In this document: positions 9,081 through 19,479 of the stretch, in pieces
How positions within the stretch are numbered: the stretch's first letter is position 1
How the letters are laid out: the number at the start of each line of letters is the position of its first letter
Assembly: GCA_038523235.1 (NCBI GenBank)
Contig: JBCBJQ010000061.1
Coordinates: 1 to 35,424 of the forward strand
Origin: Cyanobacteria bacterium J06626_4
GTDB taxonomy: Bacteria; Cyanobacteriota; Cyanobacteriia; Phormidesmidales; Phormidesmidaceae
DNA length: 35,424 bases
Direction of reading: 5' to 3'
Made by a program: the position numbers and the translations under genes
Notes under the pieces: model-generated
What the model was told of the DNA's origin: nothing
The model's input: the letters and a program-made list of their open reading frames with translations, nothing else
Database searches by the model: none

Positions 9081-10496
9081 ATGAAATTGTCACGAGCCAT
9101 CATCGCCCTTTTGGGTACGACTGCGATTGTGGGAGCACCACCCTTCTACGGCTGGGCTCAAGAAGAGCCCGAAACCACGGAAGAAGCGACCCCAGCTGAA
9201 GCCGATTTGCCGTCGCCGGTGGAGTTTTACACCAACGGCGTATCGCTGTTTGAGAATGAAGAGTACACAGCGGCGATTACGGCCTTTGATGAAGCGATTC
9301 GCCTGCGGCCTGATTACGCCGATGCTTATATGTATCGCGGCGCTGCCTACAAAGCGCTAGGCGACTTAGATGATGCCATCAGTGACTTTAATGAAGCTAT
9401 CGAACTTAATCCGCAGTTAGGCCGAGCCTATTTGCTGCGGGCCGAGGTGCACTATGAGTTAGGCAATGCTCAACAGGCCCTCAGTGACGCCCAACTCGCC
9501 CTAGCCCTCGACCCGACGCTAGGCGATGCCCGCCTGTATCAAGGGCTGGTGGCCTTGCAAGATGGCGACAGCTTCACCGCCATTAGCGAATTTACGGCGG
9601 CGATCGAGCAAGATCCTGATCAGCTAGCTGCCTATCTGCTGCGGGGCTTTGCCCACGATCAAGAAGAAAATTATTTTGCCGCGATCGCCGACTTCACCTA
9701 CGTGCTTGATCGCGAAACTGAGAACACGATCGCCTACATTGGCCGGGGTGCAGCGTATTACCACCAAGGGGAGCTGAGTGAAGCTGAAGCCGATCTCAGC
9801 CGGGCCTTAGAACTCAATGATGAGCTGCCCTACGCTTACTACAACCGCAGCTTTATCTATTCGTCGCAAAACCGTTTGGGGCCAGCCATTGACGATTTAG
9901 ATACGGCGATCGACCTGCTGCCTGACTTTACCCGCGCTTACCTCAATCGCGGTTTGCTGCTGGCGCGACAGGGCAACGACGCGGCGGCAGTGAGTGACCT
10001 CAACCGAGCGCTAGATCTTGATCCCGACTTACCGGAAGCCTATCGGGGCCGGGCCGAAATTCAGTTAGGTCGAGGCCGCGAAGCCGACGCCGTCAACGAC
10101 TATACCCAGGCCATCAACCTGTCGCCTGACAGCGCCGTACTCTATAAGTTGCGCGGTGATGCCTATTTGGCCGATGGTAATACGGCGTCGGCCCTCGCCG
10201 ATTACAACCAGGCAATCGCCCTCGCCCCTGACTATACCGAAGCCTATGCTGCACGGGCAGAAGTGTATGCCGAAGTGGGAGATATTCAACGGGCCTACGA
10301 CGACTATTCGCTCGTGATTTCGCTAGAGGATGATGAGGTTGACCCCGATGTGCTCTACAAGCGGGGGCTGACACGCATTCGCCTCGGTGACTCCGCGGGT
10401 GCGCGCGCTGACCTCGAAGAAGCCGCCGATCGCTACCTCGAAACCGGTCAGGCTGATGGCTACCGAGAAACGGTGATTTACCTGCGACAGCTGTAA
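9081..10496 (+). CDS. Secreted tetratricopeptide-repeat protein
   Basis: Signal peptide followed by many 34-aa repeats (AY..RG.AY..LGD...AI.DF..AI.L.P); GGAGGA RBS. Confidence 0.93.
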   Translation: MKLSRAIIALLGTTAIVGAPPFYGWAQEEPETTEEATPAEADLPSPVEFYTNGVSLFENEEYTAAITAFDEAIRLRPDYADAYMYRGAAYKALGDLDDAISDFNEAIELNPQLGRAYLLRAEVHYELGNAQQALSDAQLALALDPTLGDARLYQGLVALQDGDSFTAISEFTAAIEQDPDQLAAYLLRGFAHDQEENYFAAIADFTYVLDRETENTIAYIGRGAAYYHQGELSEAEADLSRALELNDELPYAYYNRSFIYSSQNRLGPAIDDLDTAIDLLPDFTRAYLNRGLLLARQGNDAAAVSDLNRALDLDPDLPEAYRGRAEIQLGRGREADAVNDYTQAINLSPDSAVLYKLRGDAYLADGNTASALADYNQAIALAPDYTEAYAARAEVYAEVGDIQRAYDDYSLVISLEDDEVDPDVLYKRGLTRIRLGDSAGARADLEEAADRYLETGQADGYRETVIYLRQL

Positions 10497-10507
10497 GTGT
10501 CACCGCC

Positions 10508-11062
10508 ATGCTGAACCTCCGTCGATGGCAATACGGGCCGGTACTGCTGCTATCTATCGTGCTGGGGCTCGGGATATGGATCATGCACCCGAGCCCGGCT
10601 CAGGCCAGTGTCCATATCTATCGCGAGCGGCCCGGTCAGGTCACCGTGCGATCGCGGCAAAGTCTGCGTGACTACGATGATCGAGCCTGGCAAGCGGTCG
10701 CCTTTAAGCGCTCTCAAAAGTCAGCCCTACAGGGGCTTTACCTACGCCTGGTAGGGTTTCCAGACGCGGTGCAGGTGCAAAGCCAGCAGCCGGTGACGCT
10801 TTTAGCCCCCACCGGTCAAAGCTGGCAGTTGCCTTGGTTAGTGGATGCCCAAACCCAGGCATTACCCCCCAACGTCGGCCAGTATGACTTGCGCCCCTTG
10901 CTGGATGAGATTGATCGGCCATTGCCGCTAGAGATGCAGTTGCCAGTCGTAGGAACCGCGCCAATTGAACTCGCGATCGCGCCCTTTATCGTTAAAGAGT
11001 GGCTGCAGGTTGTAGCGACCGAAGCTTCACCAACGCCAGTAAGTGCGTCCCTGGGAAAATAA
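10508..11062 (+). CDS. DUF3122 family protein
   Basis: Signal peptide, RSRQSLRD...AWQAVAFKR, LRLVGFP, NVGQYDL. Confidence 0.8.
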   Translation: MLNLRRWQYGPVLLLSIVLGLGIWIMHPSPAQASVHIYRERPGQVTVRSRQSLRDYDDRAWQAVAFKRSQKSALQGLYLRLVGFPDAVQVQSQQPVTLLAPTGQSWQLPWLVDAQTQALPPNVGQYDLRPLLDEIDRPLPLEMQLPVVGTAPIELAIAPFIVKEWLQVVATEASPTPVSASLGK

Positions 11063-11452
11063 CCCCAACATCAGCCCGACGAACTGTAGGTAGCTCAGCC
11101 CGACAAACAATGTCGGCACTTGTTGCAAAAAGCCTTTTAGATATAAAACCAGCACTAAACAACCGACCGAAGCCCACAACGTCGCCCCATCCAACACAAT
11201 GTGGCGAAACCACCGCTCTAGCAAAATCACTGAGAGGGCACCAATGCCCCCTGCCGCTGTGAACTGTAGCAGCTGTTGGGTCATGCCACCGCCCACCAAG
11301 AGGTTGGTGCCTTGGGGCCAAATCCTAAACAAGCCAAACAATATCAGTAGCAAGGCGATATCAAGTGCTGTCGCCAACAGGATGGTCAATGCTGCATTCT
11401 GTAATAAAGGGAACCAGGGCAGCGACTTGAGTCGCCTCAGGGGATCTCTCAT
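11027..11452 (-). CDS. Conserved cyanobacterial membrane protein
   Basis: MRDPLRRLKSLPW..L, hydrophobic helices, C-terminal GRTYWRW; overlaps the 3' end of the DUF3122 gene by 36 nt. Confidence 0.75.
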   Translation of the reverse strand: MRDPLRRLKSLPWFPLLQNAALTILLATALDIALLLILFGLFRIWPQGTNLLVGGGMTQQLLQFTAAGGIGALSVILLERWFRHIVLDGATLWASVGCLVLVLYLKGFLQQVPTLFVGLSYLQFVGLMLGLFSQGRTYWRW

Positions 11453-11488
11453 CGTCACTCACCATCCATCGTCAATTATCTAACCCGT

Positions 11489-11710
11489 ATGGAGCTATCC
11501 TATTTCAACACTTTTCCCGAACTCGCGGCGATCGGTTTACCGTTGTCAGTAGTGTTGCTGTTGCTGCTCCATTGTCTGATGGGTCTACTCGCCGCTCAAC
11601 TGGCCTATCGCAAAGGGGCTGACCTGGGCAGATGGCTGATTTGGGGCATGATTGGCGGTACCGGAGCACTGGTGACGGCGCTGCGGCTACCCACGCAGTC
11701 AACTGAATAA
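11489..11710 (+). CDS. Small membrane protein
   Basis: LHCLMGLLAAQLAYRKGADLGRWLIWGMIGGT; two hydrophobic helices. Confidence 0.7.
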   Translation: MELSYFNTFPELAAIGLPLSVVLLLLLHCLMGLLAAQLAYRKGADLGRWLIWGMIGGTGALVTALRLPTQSTE

Positions 11711-11807
11711 CGATCCCCAAGTCTGCTACCGGTGAGCGGGAGCTTGGGGGGACTTCCCGACCGGTTGTATCATCAATATCTCCAACTCATCTCGATTGTG
11801 TTGACCT

Positions 11808-12299
11808 GTGCCCATAACGCTGACCTTACCGAGCGATCGCACCACCTTTGCCCTGGGCCACTGGCTGGGACAGCGCCTGCCGGTCGGCACCGTGTTGCTG
11901 TTAGAAGGTGACTTGGGCAGTGGCAAAACCACCCTGACCAAGGGGCTGGGCGCCGGGTTGGGAATTACCGAAGAAATTGACAGCCCCACCTTTACCTTGA
12001 TCAATGAGTACCTAGAAGGTCGTTTGCCCCTCTATCACGTTGATCTCTATCGGCTGACGGCGACCGATACCAGCAGCCTGTTTTTAGAAAGCTACTGGGA
12101 AGGGATAGAATACGCGCCGGGGATTATGGCGATCGAGTGGGCTGAGCGTCTGCAGTTTTTGCCGCCTGAACCAATCAAAATTGGCCTCACCTATCGACAG
12201 CCGACCGGTCGTCAAGTGAGTTTGGTCCCCAGTACCGTATTGCAAACATCCTTACTAGAGGCCCTCACATCCGATGCGATATTGGCTCATGAAGTCTGA
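11808..12299 (+). CDS. tsaE: tRNA threonylcarbamoyladenosine biosynthesis ATPase TsaE
   Basis: LEGDLGSGKTT Walker A, SPTFTLINEY, YHVDLYRL, IEWAE. Confidence 0.96.
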   Translation: MPITLTLPSDRTTFALGHWLGQRLPVGTVLLLEGDLGSGKTTLTKGLGAGLGITEEIDSPTFTLINEYLEGRLPLYHVDLYRLTATDTSSLFLESYWEGIEYAPGIMAIEWAERLQFLPPEPIKIGLTYRQPTGRQVSLVPSTVLQTSLLEALTSDAILAHEV

Positions 12300-12732
12300 A
12301 CCCGACGTCTATAGCATTGCCGATTTGGCGAAAGATCCGGAAGAGATTTGGGATGGCGTCCGCAACTATCAGGCTCGCAACTTTTTGCGCGAAATGGCTG
12401 TGGGCGATCAGGCTTTCTTTTATCACTCCAACACCAAGCCGCCGGGCATTGTCGGCCTGATGCAGATCATTGAAGCAGATATTGTTGACCCGACCCAATT
12501 CGACTCAGCCAATAAATATTACGACCCCAAATCAGAGCCCGAAAATCCCCGATGGCGCACAGTTAAAGTCGGCTATGGTGAAACGTTTGCGCAGTCAATC
12601 ACCCTCGACATCTTAAAGGCCACCTTTAGCCCAGAAGAACTGCTGGTCGTCAAGCGCGGCAATCGGCTTTCGGTCATGCCCGTGGATGCCGCGATCGCCA
12701 ATCGACTACTAGAGATGGGCCGCCAGGGGTAG
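12274..12732 (+). CDS. EVE domain protein
   Basis: YWLMKSEP, WDGVRNYQARNFLR, FFYHSN, YYDPKS....PRW, RLSVMPV. Confidence 0.95.
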   Translation: MRYWLMKSEPDVYSIADLAKDPEEIWDGVRNYQARNFLREMAVGDQAFFYHSNTKPPGIVGLMQIIEADIVDPTQFDSANKYYDPKSEPENPRWRTVKVGYGETFAQSITLDILKATFSPEELLVVKRGNRLSVMPVDAAIANRLLEMGRQG

Positions 12733-12934
12733 CCCCTAGCCGCATCCTCAGCTCCTGTCTCTAGGATGAACTTCACGGCTGCTGCTTGAGAACGCGGGCG
12801 GAGCTGGGAGCAAGGGAGCCAGATAGATCGAATAATTGCGGATGTCTGACAGGTCGGGGCATTGAGGCTTCGTCACCTCAGGGGGCTTACTTCTCAGTCC
12901 TAACCTGTCAGAGCGTGTTCATCGGCGACAGTGC

Positions 12935-13171
12935 CTACAGCTTGGCGTGGGAACCATCACAGAACGGAGCATTGCCAGTCTGTTTACACTGACATAAAGC
13001 AACTTGTTTTTTATCTTCAATGGTGAACTTCATCGGGGTGAAGCCGGTGCCTTGGTGAGCCCCATTGCAAAAGGGCTGATTATCCGAGTTGCCGCAGGTG
13101 CAGTACCAATAGTCTTTCGCTTCTAGCTCCATGACTTTGGGCTGCTTAGCCGCAATGTTGGGGGTATCCAT
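12935..13171 (-). CDS. CDGSH iron-sulfur protein with two motifs (CISD3/MiNT-like)
   Basis: CTCGNSDNQPFCNGAH and CQCKQTGNAPFCDGSH; GAGGAG RBS before ATG 13171. Confidence 0.92.
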   Translation of the reverse strand: MDTPNIAAKQPKVMELEAKDYWYCTCGNSDNQPFCNGAHQGTGFTPMKFTIEDKKQVALCQCKQTGNAPFCDGSHAKL

Positions 13172-13338
13172 CTTGTTCGATTCTCCTCTAGGTGTCAGTG
13201 GGCGATCGCCCTGGAAAATGGGGGAGAGGCCGTACCCCACCCCCAAACTTGTAGCGCTACCGTAACCCCGTTGGCAGCGATCGCATCGCTCGCCAGTGGG
13301 ATCATCTGTATTGCCAGTGGCAGTCTAGCGAACTCAAG

Positions 13339-14043
13339 TTAAGCGGCCATGTCAAACACCAGCACTTCGCTATCGTCACCGTTGCCGGTGAGCGTCAGCG
13401 TGGCTTCATCACTCACCGCAGCGCCATCACCTGCCGTCAGATCGTGACCGTTGAGATTAACCGCACCTCGGGCTACATGCACCCAGGCCACGCGGCCTGG
13501 GGCGAGCGCCTGAGTCACCGTCTCTGACGCACTGAGGTTGGTGGCGTAGAGGTTGAGATCTTGGTGAATGGTGACCGAGCCATCACGGCCATCGCGAGAT
13601 CCGACTAACCGCAGCCGACCCTGCTTCTCAGCGGGGGCAAAGTAGGTTTGTTCATAGCCGGGGTCGATGCCGGTTTGCTCGGGCAGCACCCAGATCTGCA
13701 GAAAATGCACGGGGTCAGTATCAGAGGCGTTGTACTCACTGTGCAAAATGCCGGTACCCGCCGACATGCGCTGGACGTCGCCAGGACGAATAATGGAGCC
13801 ATTGCCGATGTTGTCTTTGTGGGCCAACTCACCAGACAACACGTAGGAAATGATTTCCATATCACGGTGACCGTGGGTCGAAAAGCCTTGCGACGGCGTC
13901 ACCTTATCTTCGTTGATGACCCGTAGGGTACCAAAGCCCATGTGAGCAGGATCGTAGTAGTTGCCAAAAGAAAAGGTGTGGCGACTATCTAACCAGCCAA
14001 AGTTGGCTTTGCCGCGATCGCTACCAGAACGAACTGTAATCAT
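13339..14043 (-). CDS. Pirin family protein (YhhW-like)
   Basis: [42 protein letters not shown]. Confidence 0.95.
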   Translation of the reverse strand: MITVRSGSDRGKANFGWLDSRHTFSFGNYYDPAHMGFGTLRVINEDKVTPSQGFSTHGHRDMEIISYVLSGELAHKDNIGNGSIIRPGDVQRMSAGTGILHSEYNASDTDPVHFLQIWVLPEQTGIDPGYEQTYFAPAEKQGRLRLVGSRDGRDGSVTIHQDLNLYATNLSASETVTQALAPGRVAWVHVARGAVNLNGHDLTAGDGAAVSDEATLTLTGNGDDSEVLVFDMAA

Positions 14044-14094
14044 GGAACACCTCCTGGGGTGGCGTCGAAACTCGGAATATTTCCGATGGCTTTA

Positions 14095-14167
14095 TTATGA
14101 ATTGAATTACAATAAAAGACAATATGCAATTTAATAGACAGTTTGTCTCTTTTTTGACGACAATTAA
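14095..14167. promoter_or_regulatory. AT-rich divergent promoter region with dyad motifs; probable LysR operator
   Basis: ATTG-N15-CAAT (14101-14123) and TTGTC-N11-GACAA (14143-14163) between divergent pirin and LysR genes. Confidence 0.45.
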
Positions 14168-15067
14168 ATGGATAAATTTGAAAGCATGCGCGCCTTTGTC
14201 GCCGTGGTTGACGCGGGGGGATTCGCCGCCGCCTCACGCCAGATGGGGCTGTCGCGCTCGGCGGTCAATAAGCTGGTGATCAATCTAGAAAATGCGCTCA
14301 CCGTGCAGCTGTTGCAGCGTACGACTCGCAAGGTCACACCGACGCCCACCGGTCTGGCCTTTTATGAACGGTGTGTCGCGATTTTGGCCGATTTGACAGA
14401 AGCCGAACTCGCCGTTTCACATCTACAAACAAAACCGAAGGGCCAGCTGCGCATTAATGCCCCGATGACCTTTGGCACCCGATATCTAGCCCCCGTTATC
14501 GCCCAGTTTTTGCAGCGGTATCCGGATCTGCATGTCGAGCTGAGTCTCAGCGATCGCTTCATCGATCCGATTGATGAGGGGTTTGATCTCACCGTTCGCA
14601 TTGCACAGCCCTTGGCATCGGCCAGCTTGATTGTGCAAGAGCTGTTTCCGACCCCGGTGATTTTGTGTGCCGCACCGAGCTATTTAGCCCAGCAGGGCAC
14701 GCCCCAAGTCCCCGCTGACCTGGCCCACCATCCCTGTTTGGCCTATGGGCACCTGGCAACGGATAACCAGTGGCTACTGATAGGGCCTGAAGGTGAGCAC
14801 CGCATTAGCGTCAACGGGCCGCTCTGTGCCAACAATGGTGATGTGTTGCAGGCCGCCGCGGTGCAGGGGCTAGGCATCACGCTGCTGCCAGCATTTATTG
14901 TGCAAGCGGATCTCCAAGCCGGACGGCTACAGCAGCTGATGCCGACTTACACCGGTTTGTCAATTTCGGTGTGTGTGCTCTACCCAATCAACCGTCATCT
15001 TTCAACGAAGGTGCAGCTGTTGGTGGATTTTTTATCTGCGCAGCTACCACCAACGGTGAGGCCATAA
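14168..15067 (+). CDS. LysR family regulator (CrgA/DmlR-like)
   Basis: N-terminal HTH ([26 protein letters not shown]...LLQRTTR), [24 protein letters not shown]. Confidence 0.95.
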   Translation: MDKFESMRAFVAVVDAGGFAAASRQMGLSRSAVNKLVINLENALTVQLLQRTTRKVTPTPTGLAFYERCVAILADLTEAELAVSHLQTKPKGQLRINAPMTFGTRYLAPVIAQFLQRYPDLHVELSLSDRFIDPIDEGFDLTVRIAQPLASASLIVQELFPTPVILCAAPSYLAQQGTPQVPADLAHHPCLAYGHLATDNQWLLIGPEGEHRISVNGPLCANNGDVLQAAAVQGLGITLLPAFIVQADLQAGRLQQLMPTYTGLSISVCVLYPINRHLSTKVQLLVDFLSAQLPPTVRP

Positions 15068-15338
15068 TCTGGATATCTCAAGACAGTGCTAAACAGTCTT
15101 CTTCAATGAGGACGCGTGCGGATTGATTCAGATTGATTGGAACTAGACAGTGCTCTGACACCTTTGCATGATACAGACGTCAAAAAAACTAAAGATAAAG
15201 CCTGCCAGCAAAGTCTTCTGTCATGGATTTGAGTCAAGCAGTGATCGCAGGATCACATCTAAAGACAGAAAAAGTAGTATTTTAAGGCTGTGTATCAACC
15301 GGTTTTCGTAACAGCGTTGGATTAGGCAAGTATTTTGT

Positions 15339-15749
15339 ATGTTCAGGCGCAAATCAGCTCCCCTGCTAACGTATCTCAGCCAGAAGACAGAATTTGAAGG
15401 CATCCTTCATGCCGAAGGCATGCTACGAGTCGATGGCATTGTGCACGGCACCGTTGATATTCAAGGCGATTTAGAGATTTCATCGACGGGCTTGGTTGAA
15501 GGCCCTGAGGTGCAAGCCAACAACATTGTGGTGCACGGTGTTTTGAAGGCACGAGTGGTCGCCAAAGGCAAACTCACCCTCAGCCGCACAGCCCGTCTCG
15601 AAGGCGACGTGGTGGCTGGGTCATTAGAGATTGAAACGGGTGCTTACTACACCGGCTTTATTGAGACGCGTGATGCTAAGACCCTGCCGCCGTCGCGAGA
15701 TATACCAGAGCTTTACGGGACGGTCGATCCCCCTACCTTCAAGCCCTAG
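15339..15749 (+). CDS. Bactofilin (polymer-forming cytoskeletal protein)
   Basis: TEFEG.L...G.LRVDG.VHG, G.VEG...A.NIVVHG, ARLEGDV....LEIETGA beta-helix repeats. Confidence 0.9.
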   Translation: MFRRKSAPLLTYLSQKTEFEGILHAEGMLRVDGIVHGTVDIQGDLEISSTGLVEGPEVQANNIVVHGVLKARVVAKGKLTLSRTARLEGDVVAGSLEIETGAYYTGFIETRDAKTLPPSRDIPELYGTVDPPTFKP

Positions 15750-15906
15750 GTTCACTGACAAACCAGGCGAGCAGACTGATGATGACGATACCGGTTACCC
15801 ACTGGGGGGCGATCGTCCAGAAGTGCCAAAAGCTCGGAATCCCCCCCACAAACACTGACATCAGCCAGGCGACAAAAATTAAACCTAGACCGGCAATCAA
15901 AGTCAT
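15739..15906 (-). CDS. Small hypothetical membrane protein
   Basis: 55 aa with two hydrophobic stretches (MTLIAGLGLIFVAWLMSVFVGG; WVTGIVIISLLAWFVSEP). Confidence 0.5.
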   Translation of the reverse strand: MTLIAGLGLIFVAWLMSVFVGGIPSFWHFWTIAPQWVTGIVIISLLAWFVSEPRA

Positions 15907-16128
15907 ATTCTGTAAATGGGGAGTTTCCCTATCATCACATTGCTGAGAGGCCTTGAGCGCGATCGCACCCAATGTGCGAGTTTTTACGGTGCTCATTTGA
16001 GGACAGTTTACAAGGCTGCCTAGCAGAACGGTAGCTTTGCCGACAGCTGCGGCACCATAAAATTAATGGGGAATACTGAGATTAGCAACAGGTTCCCGTC
16101 TATTTTATGACTTAACCGTGTGAGGGTT

Positions 16129-16623
16129 ATGAAGATGATGACTCAGTTGATGGCCAGGCTTCGTCGCCCCCTAGTCGCCGCGAGCAGTTTAGCGGTATTT
16201 GCCAGCCTTTCTCCAGTGCTGGCCCAATCTGCTAACTTTGATGGCATTACTCTGTCGGCCTATCCGCCAGCCGGTGCCAGTGTCGAAGGCCGCACAGTGG
16301 GGTCTTACTCCCTGTCTAACATCGCCAGCAGTGATGGCAGTGGCAACCTCTGTGCCGGGTTTGCCGATACCAACCCCGATCACATTTTGACGCTAGAGAG
16401 TGACTTCCCGAGCTTGACGGTCACCGTCAACAGTGGCCAAGACACGACAATATTAATGCAAGGCCCAGATGATAATTCCGTTTACTGTGGCCAAGATATC
16501 AGCCGAGCCAATTTGGATGCTCAGATCGTTTCCAACAACTTGCAGGCAGGCACCTATCGCATCTGGGTCGGAGCCCACAATCAGGGGCAGCGGTTTAGCT
16601 ACTCTCTAACCGTGGCAGAGTAA
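16129..16623 (+). CDS. Secreted protein with pre-peptidase C-terminal (PPC)-like domain
   Basis: Signal peptide ending VLAQ; C.GF....PDHILTL, DTTILMQGP, GTYRIWVG. Start could be 16120-16138. Confidence 0.75.
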   Translation: MKMMTQLMARLRRPLVAASSLAVFASLSPVLAQSANFDGITLSAYPPAGASVEGRTVGSYSLSNIASSDGSGNLCAGFADTNPDHILTLESDFPSLTVTVNSGQDTTILMQGPDDNSVYCGQDISRANLDAQIVSNNLQAGTYRIWVGAHNQGQRFSYSLTVAE

Positions 16624-16670
16624 ACCTTGACTTGATGCGTCACGGCCACTGGGCCATTGCCAGCTCTCAT

Positions 16671-16713
16671 CATCCCCCCGACCCGCCAGTGAGTCGGGGG
16701 GATGGTTGTTTTT
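16671..16713 (+). terminator. Rho-independent terminator
   Basis: CATCCCCCCGAC / GTCGGGGGGATG 12-bp stem followed by a T-rich tail. Confidence 0.7.
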
Positions 16714-16817
16714 GAAGCACCCACACACGCCAGCCAAGGTCGATAGTGGCCGATTGGCTCAACAGGCCCGGCACGAATTGTCGTGGCAGCGAGAGGTAAT
16801 GGCGGGGACACTGCGTC

Positions 16818-16883
16818 TTGGCCTTGCCTGCCCGTAGGGCTTACGACTCCACTCAGCTGACGTTCCTTGAGCGGAGTCGTAAG
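16818..16883. repeat. REP/SDR-like palindromic element, copy A
   Basis: TTGGCCTTGCCTGCCCGTAGGG leader plus CTTACGACTCCACTCA...TGAGCGGAGTCGTAAG stem; leader is 21/22 identical to copy B. Confidence 0.75.
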
Positions 16884-16907
16884 GAAGATCTATCGATGGA
16901 CAGTTTG

Positions 16908-18962
16908 CTAGCTTTGAGGTTCACCAAACAGAATCAGCGAACACTTTAGCTGTTGCACTAAAAGGGAAGGAATATCACCGATCTCTAGTCCCCCGCCATG
17001 GGTACGGCGGCGGCGAGTGCGGGTCACCACCAGATCAAAATGACGCGCTTCTGCCATGATCGCTTTGGCCACCTGGTCGTGCTTGATCACTTTGGGGGTG
17101 ATCATGACATCTTGTGGGGCTTCTGCCGCTAGTCGCGCTAACTTGTCAGACACCCAGCGCAAGCGCTGGGCCGCCGGTCGCCCCGGCAGGATATGCAACA
17201 GAGTAATGTCAGCCTGATTGGCCCGAGCGATCGCCATACTCAACTCGACTTTGTGCACTTCACTCGCCGAAAAGTCTTTGATCGGAATCAAAATTGACTG
17301 AATGCTTTGCGGCGCAGCGGTCATGCGCACAATCGCCACCGGACAATGGGACGCCCACAGCACCTTATCAATCAAATCGCCGAACAAACGGGTTGGGAGA
17401 TTAAAGTGACGCTCATTGAGGCCCATAACGATCAGGTTGGCGTGGTGTTCACGGGCAGTATGGCTGATGCCCGTGGCGACGTGGCGGTCAATCCGCAATA
17501 GGGGCTCAACCTGAATGTTGAGCTGTTCGCCGATGTCAGTCGCCCCTTGAAGCAAAGCTTCTCGCTCAGTGATGACTTGACGCATGCGCGGGGAGTCCAT
17601 CTTGGCTTGCGCCGGGGCAATCGCGAGGGGCTTGATGCAGCCCGCTTGAGCCTGGGCAATCGTTGCAGCTAGCCCCAGCAATGACTGCTCGGTCTGAGGA
17701 TTGCTAATGGGCACCAGTACCGAAAAGTCGGCGGCGCGCCCGTCAAAAATCACCGGAACGCTCAGGTCGGCCTCTAGGTCATCATCCAGCGTCGGCAGAT
17801 CACGCACTGCCCGTTTTACGATGAGCGGCCCCGCGATCGCCGTCACGAGCATCATCACCACTACGCTGTTGAGCACCGGTTCCGAAATCAAGCCGGCGCG
17901 ATTGCCGACCAGCGCGGCAGCCAACGTTGTCGCCACCTGCGGCAGGGTCATGCCCCACATGGTGAACAGTTCGGCCCGGTCATACTGATACAACCACTGA
18001 GCAATCCAGGCGGCCAAAAACTTGCCCACCAGGAGGCCGCCAATCAGCAGCACGGCAAAAATGATCGATTGAGGATTGGTGAAAAAAGCCGCCACATCAA
18101 TCAGGAGGCCAATATCTACAAAAAAGATGGGAATAAATAGCACCGTCCCCACGAACACAATTTTCTCTTTGACGGGACTGTTGCCCACCACTTCATTAAC
18201 GGCTAAGCCTGCTAAAAACGCGCCCACAATCTTTTCTACGCCAATGACCTCAGCTCCGATCGCGGCGACAAAAATTACCAGCAGGGCAAACAAAAATTGA
18301 TTGCCTTGGTTATCGTCCGAAAACTTAAAAAACAGGCGACCCAGCTGATCAAACCCGTAGAGAATGGCGATCGCATACAAGAGTAAGCCAATTAATAATC
18401 CGACGATACTGATGAGGCTAAAATCACCAGCCCCCAAGCTGATACAAATGGCCAGAACAATCAGCGCCCCAATATCGGTAAAAATCGTGGCCCCCAACGT
18501 GGTGACCACAGCACCATTGCGAGTCGCGCCCGCCTGACTCACCATCGGGTAAGCCAACAAACTATGAGAGGCAATCAAAGAGCCAATCAGCACCGCACCA
18601 GCCCACGGAAACCCCATCAATCTTGCCAGTCCGGTTCCCACCAGCAAGGGAATGAAAAAGGTCAGGCTACCGAACCCAGCGGCGCGATATTTCATTTTTT
18701 GAAATTGCTCCATGTCGATGTCTAGCCCAGCGACAAACATGAGATAGAGCAAGCCGATGTCGGATAGCAGCTCCATGATGGGATCGGCAGGATCAAGGAG
18801 AGTGAGCCCGTGCGGCCCAAAAACAATCCCGGCGGCCAGCAGGCCCACGAGACCTGGCAGCCGCAGTTTCTCAAACAGAATGGGAACTGGCAGAATAATC
18901 GCCAATAGCAACGCGAAGGTGAAAATAGGTTCGGCTTTTAGATGCTCAATAATGGCGATCAT
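16908..18962 (-). CDS. Cation:proton antiporter (CPA2) with C-terminal universal stress protein domains
   Basis: Many TM helices, LSDIGLLYLMFVAGL, GATIFTDI, IVGAFLAGL; C-terminal VLVPISNP and ILIPI USP-like domains. Confidence 0.92.
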   Translation of the reverse strand: MIAIIEHLKAEPIFTFALLLAIILPVPILFEKLRLPGLVGLLAAGIVFGPHGLTLLDPADPIMELLSDIGLLYLMFVAGLDIDMEQFQKMKYRAAGFGSLTFFIPLLVGTGLARLMGFPWAGAVLIGSLIASHSLLAYPMVSQAGATRNGAVVTTLGATIFTDIGALIVLAICISLGAGDFSLISIVGLLIGLLLYAIAILYGFDQLGRLFFKFSDDNQGNQFLFALLVIFVAAIGAEVIGVEKIVGAFLAGLAVNEVVGNSPVKEKIVFVGTVLFIPIFFVDIGLLIDVAAFFTNPQSIIFAVLLIGGLLVGKFLAAWIAQWLYQYDRAELFTMWGMTLPQVATTLAAALVGNRAGLISEPVLNSVVVMMLVTAIAGPLIVKRAVRDLPTLDDDLEADLSVPVIFDGRAADFSVLVPISNPQTEQSLLGLAATIAQAQAGCIKPLAIAPAQAKMDSPRMRQVITEREALLQGATDIGEQLNIQVEPLLRIDRHVATGISHTAREHHANLIVMGLNERHFNLPTRLFGDLIDKVLWASHCPVAIVRMTAAPQSIQSILIPIKDFSASEVHKVELSMAIARANQADITLLHILPGRPAAQRLRWVSDKLARLAAEAPQDVMITPKVIKHDQVAKAIMAEARHFDLVVTRTRRRRTHGGGLEIGDIPSLLVQQLKCSLILFGEPQS

Positions 18963-19059
18963 ATTTTTGTGTATTGAAAAGAAACTCAAACCATTTCATG
19001 AAAAAGCTGCGAGTGAGTACCATCACTCGCAGTCAGGTTAAAAAAAATTAGATTAGCAA

Positions 19060-19479
19060 CTAGCCTTCTGTCGTTAAGTCAGACGTCTCGGATAGGGTGC
19101 GATCAGCTGCCGGAGTGCCGGTCATCAGCTGAGGATATTTATCGCCCACATACTTCCCTAAGAAGGTTCCAACGAACGATAGAACAACTGGCCCCAAGAG
19201 AAAACCCAGGATGCCACTCACTTGAAATCCAGGAACTACCAGAGACGACAGCCAAAAGCACAGGCCGTTGACCACGTAAGAAAACAAACCGAACGTCAAG
19301 AGATTCACTGGAGCGGAAAGGGTGCCCAGTGCAGGCTTCACAAATGCGTTCACCACCCCGATGGATGCGGCGGCGATCGCCGCTGCTGTCACCGTATCTA
19401 ACTGCACGCCAGGAACGATCAAATCGACCACGAGCAGACTTAATGCTGTTACTAAACCGGATAATAAAATGGGTATCAT
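19060..19479 (-). CDS. YvlD/DUF360 4-TM 'phage holin family' membrane protein
   Basis: LVTALSLLVVDLIVPGV, GVVNAFVKP.L..LSAPVNLLTFGLFSYVVNGLCFWL. Confidence 0.88.
   Translation of the reverse strand: MIPILLSGLVTALSLLVVDLIVPGVQLDTVTAAAIAAASIGVVNAFVKPALGTLSAPVNLLTFGLFSYVVNGLCFWLSSLVVPGFQVSGILGFLLGPVVLSFVGTFLGKYVGDKYPQLMTGTPAADRTLSETSDLTTEG

Noticed and set aside
11027..11452. Peptide chain release factor label sometimes attached to such proteins
   Set aside because: Short hydrophobic protein with no GGQ motif.
19060..19479. Holin as evidence of a prophage lysis module
   Set aside because: The YvlD/DUF360 family is a common chromosomal membrane protein, and no endolysin or structural genes are nearby.
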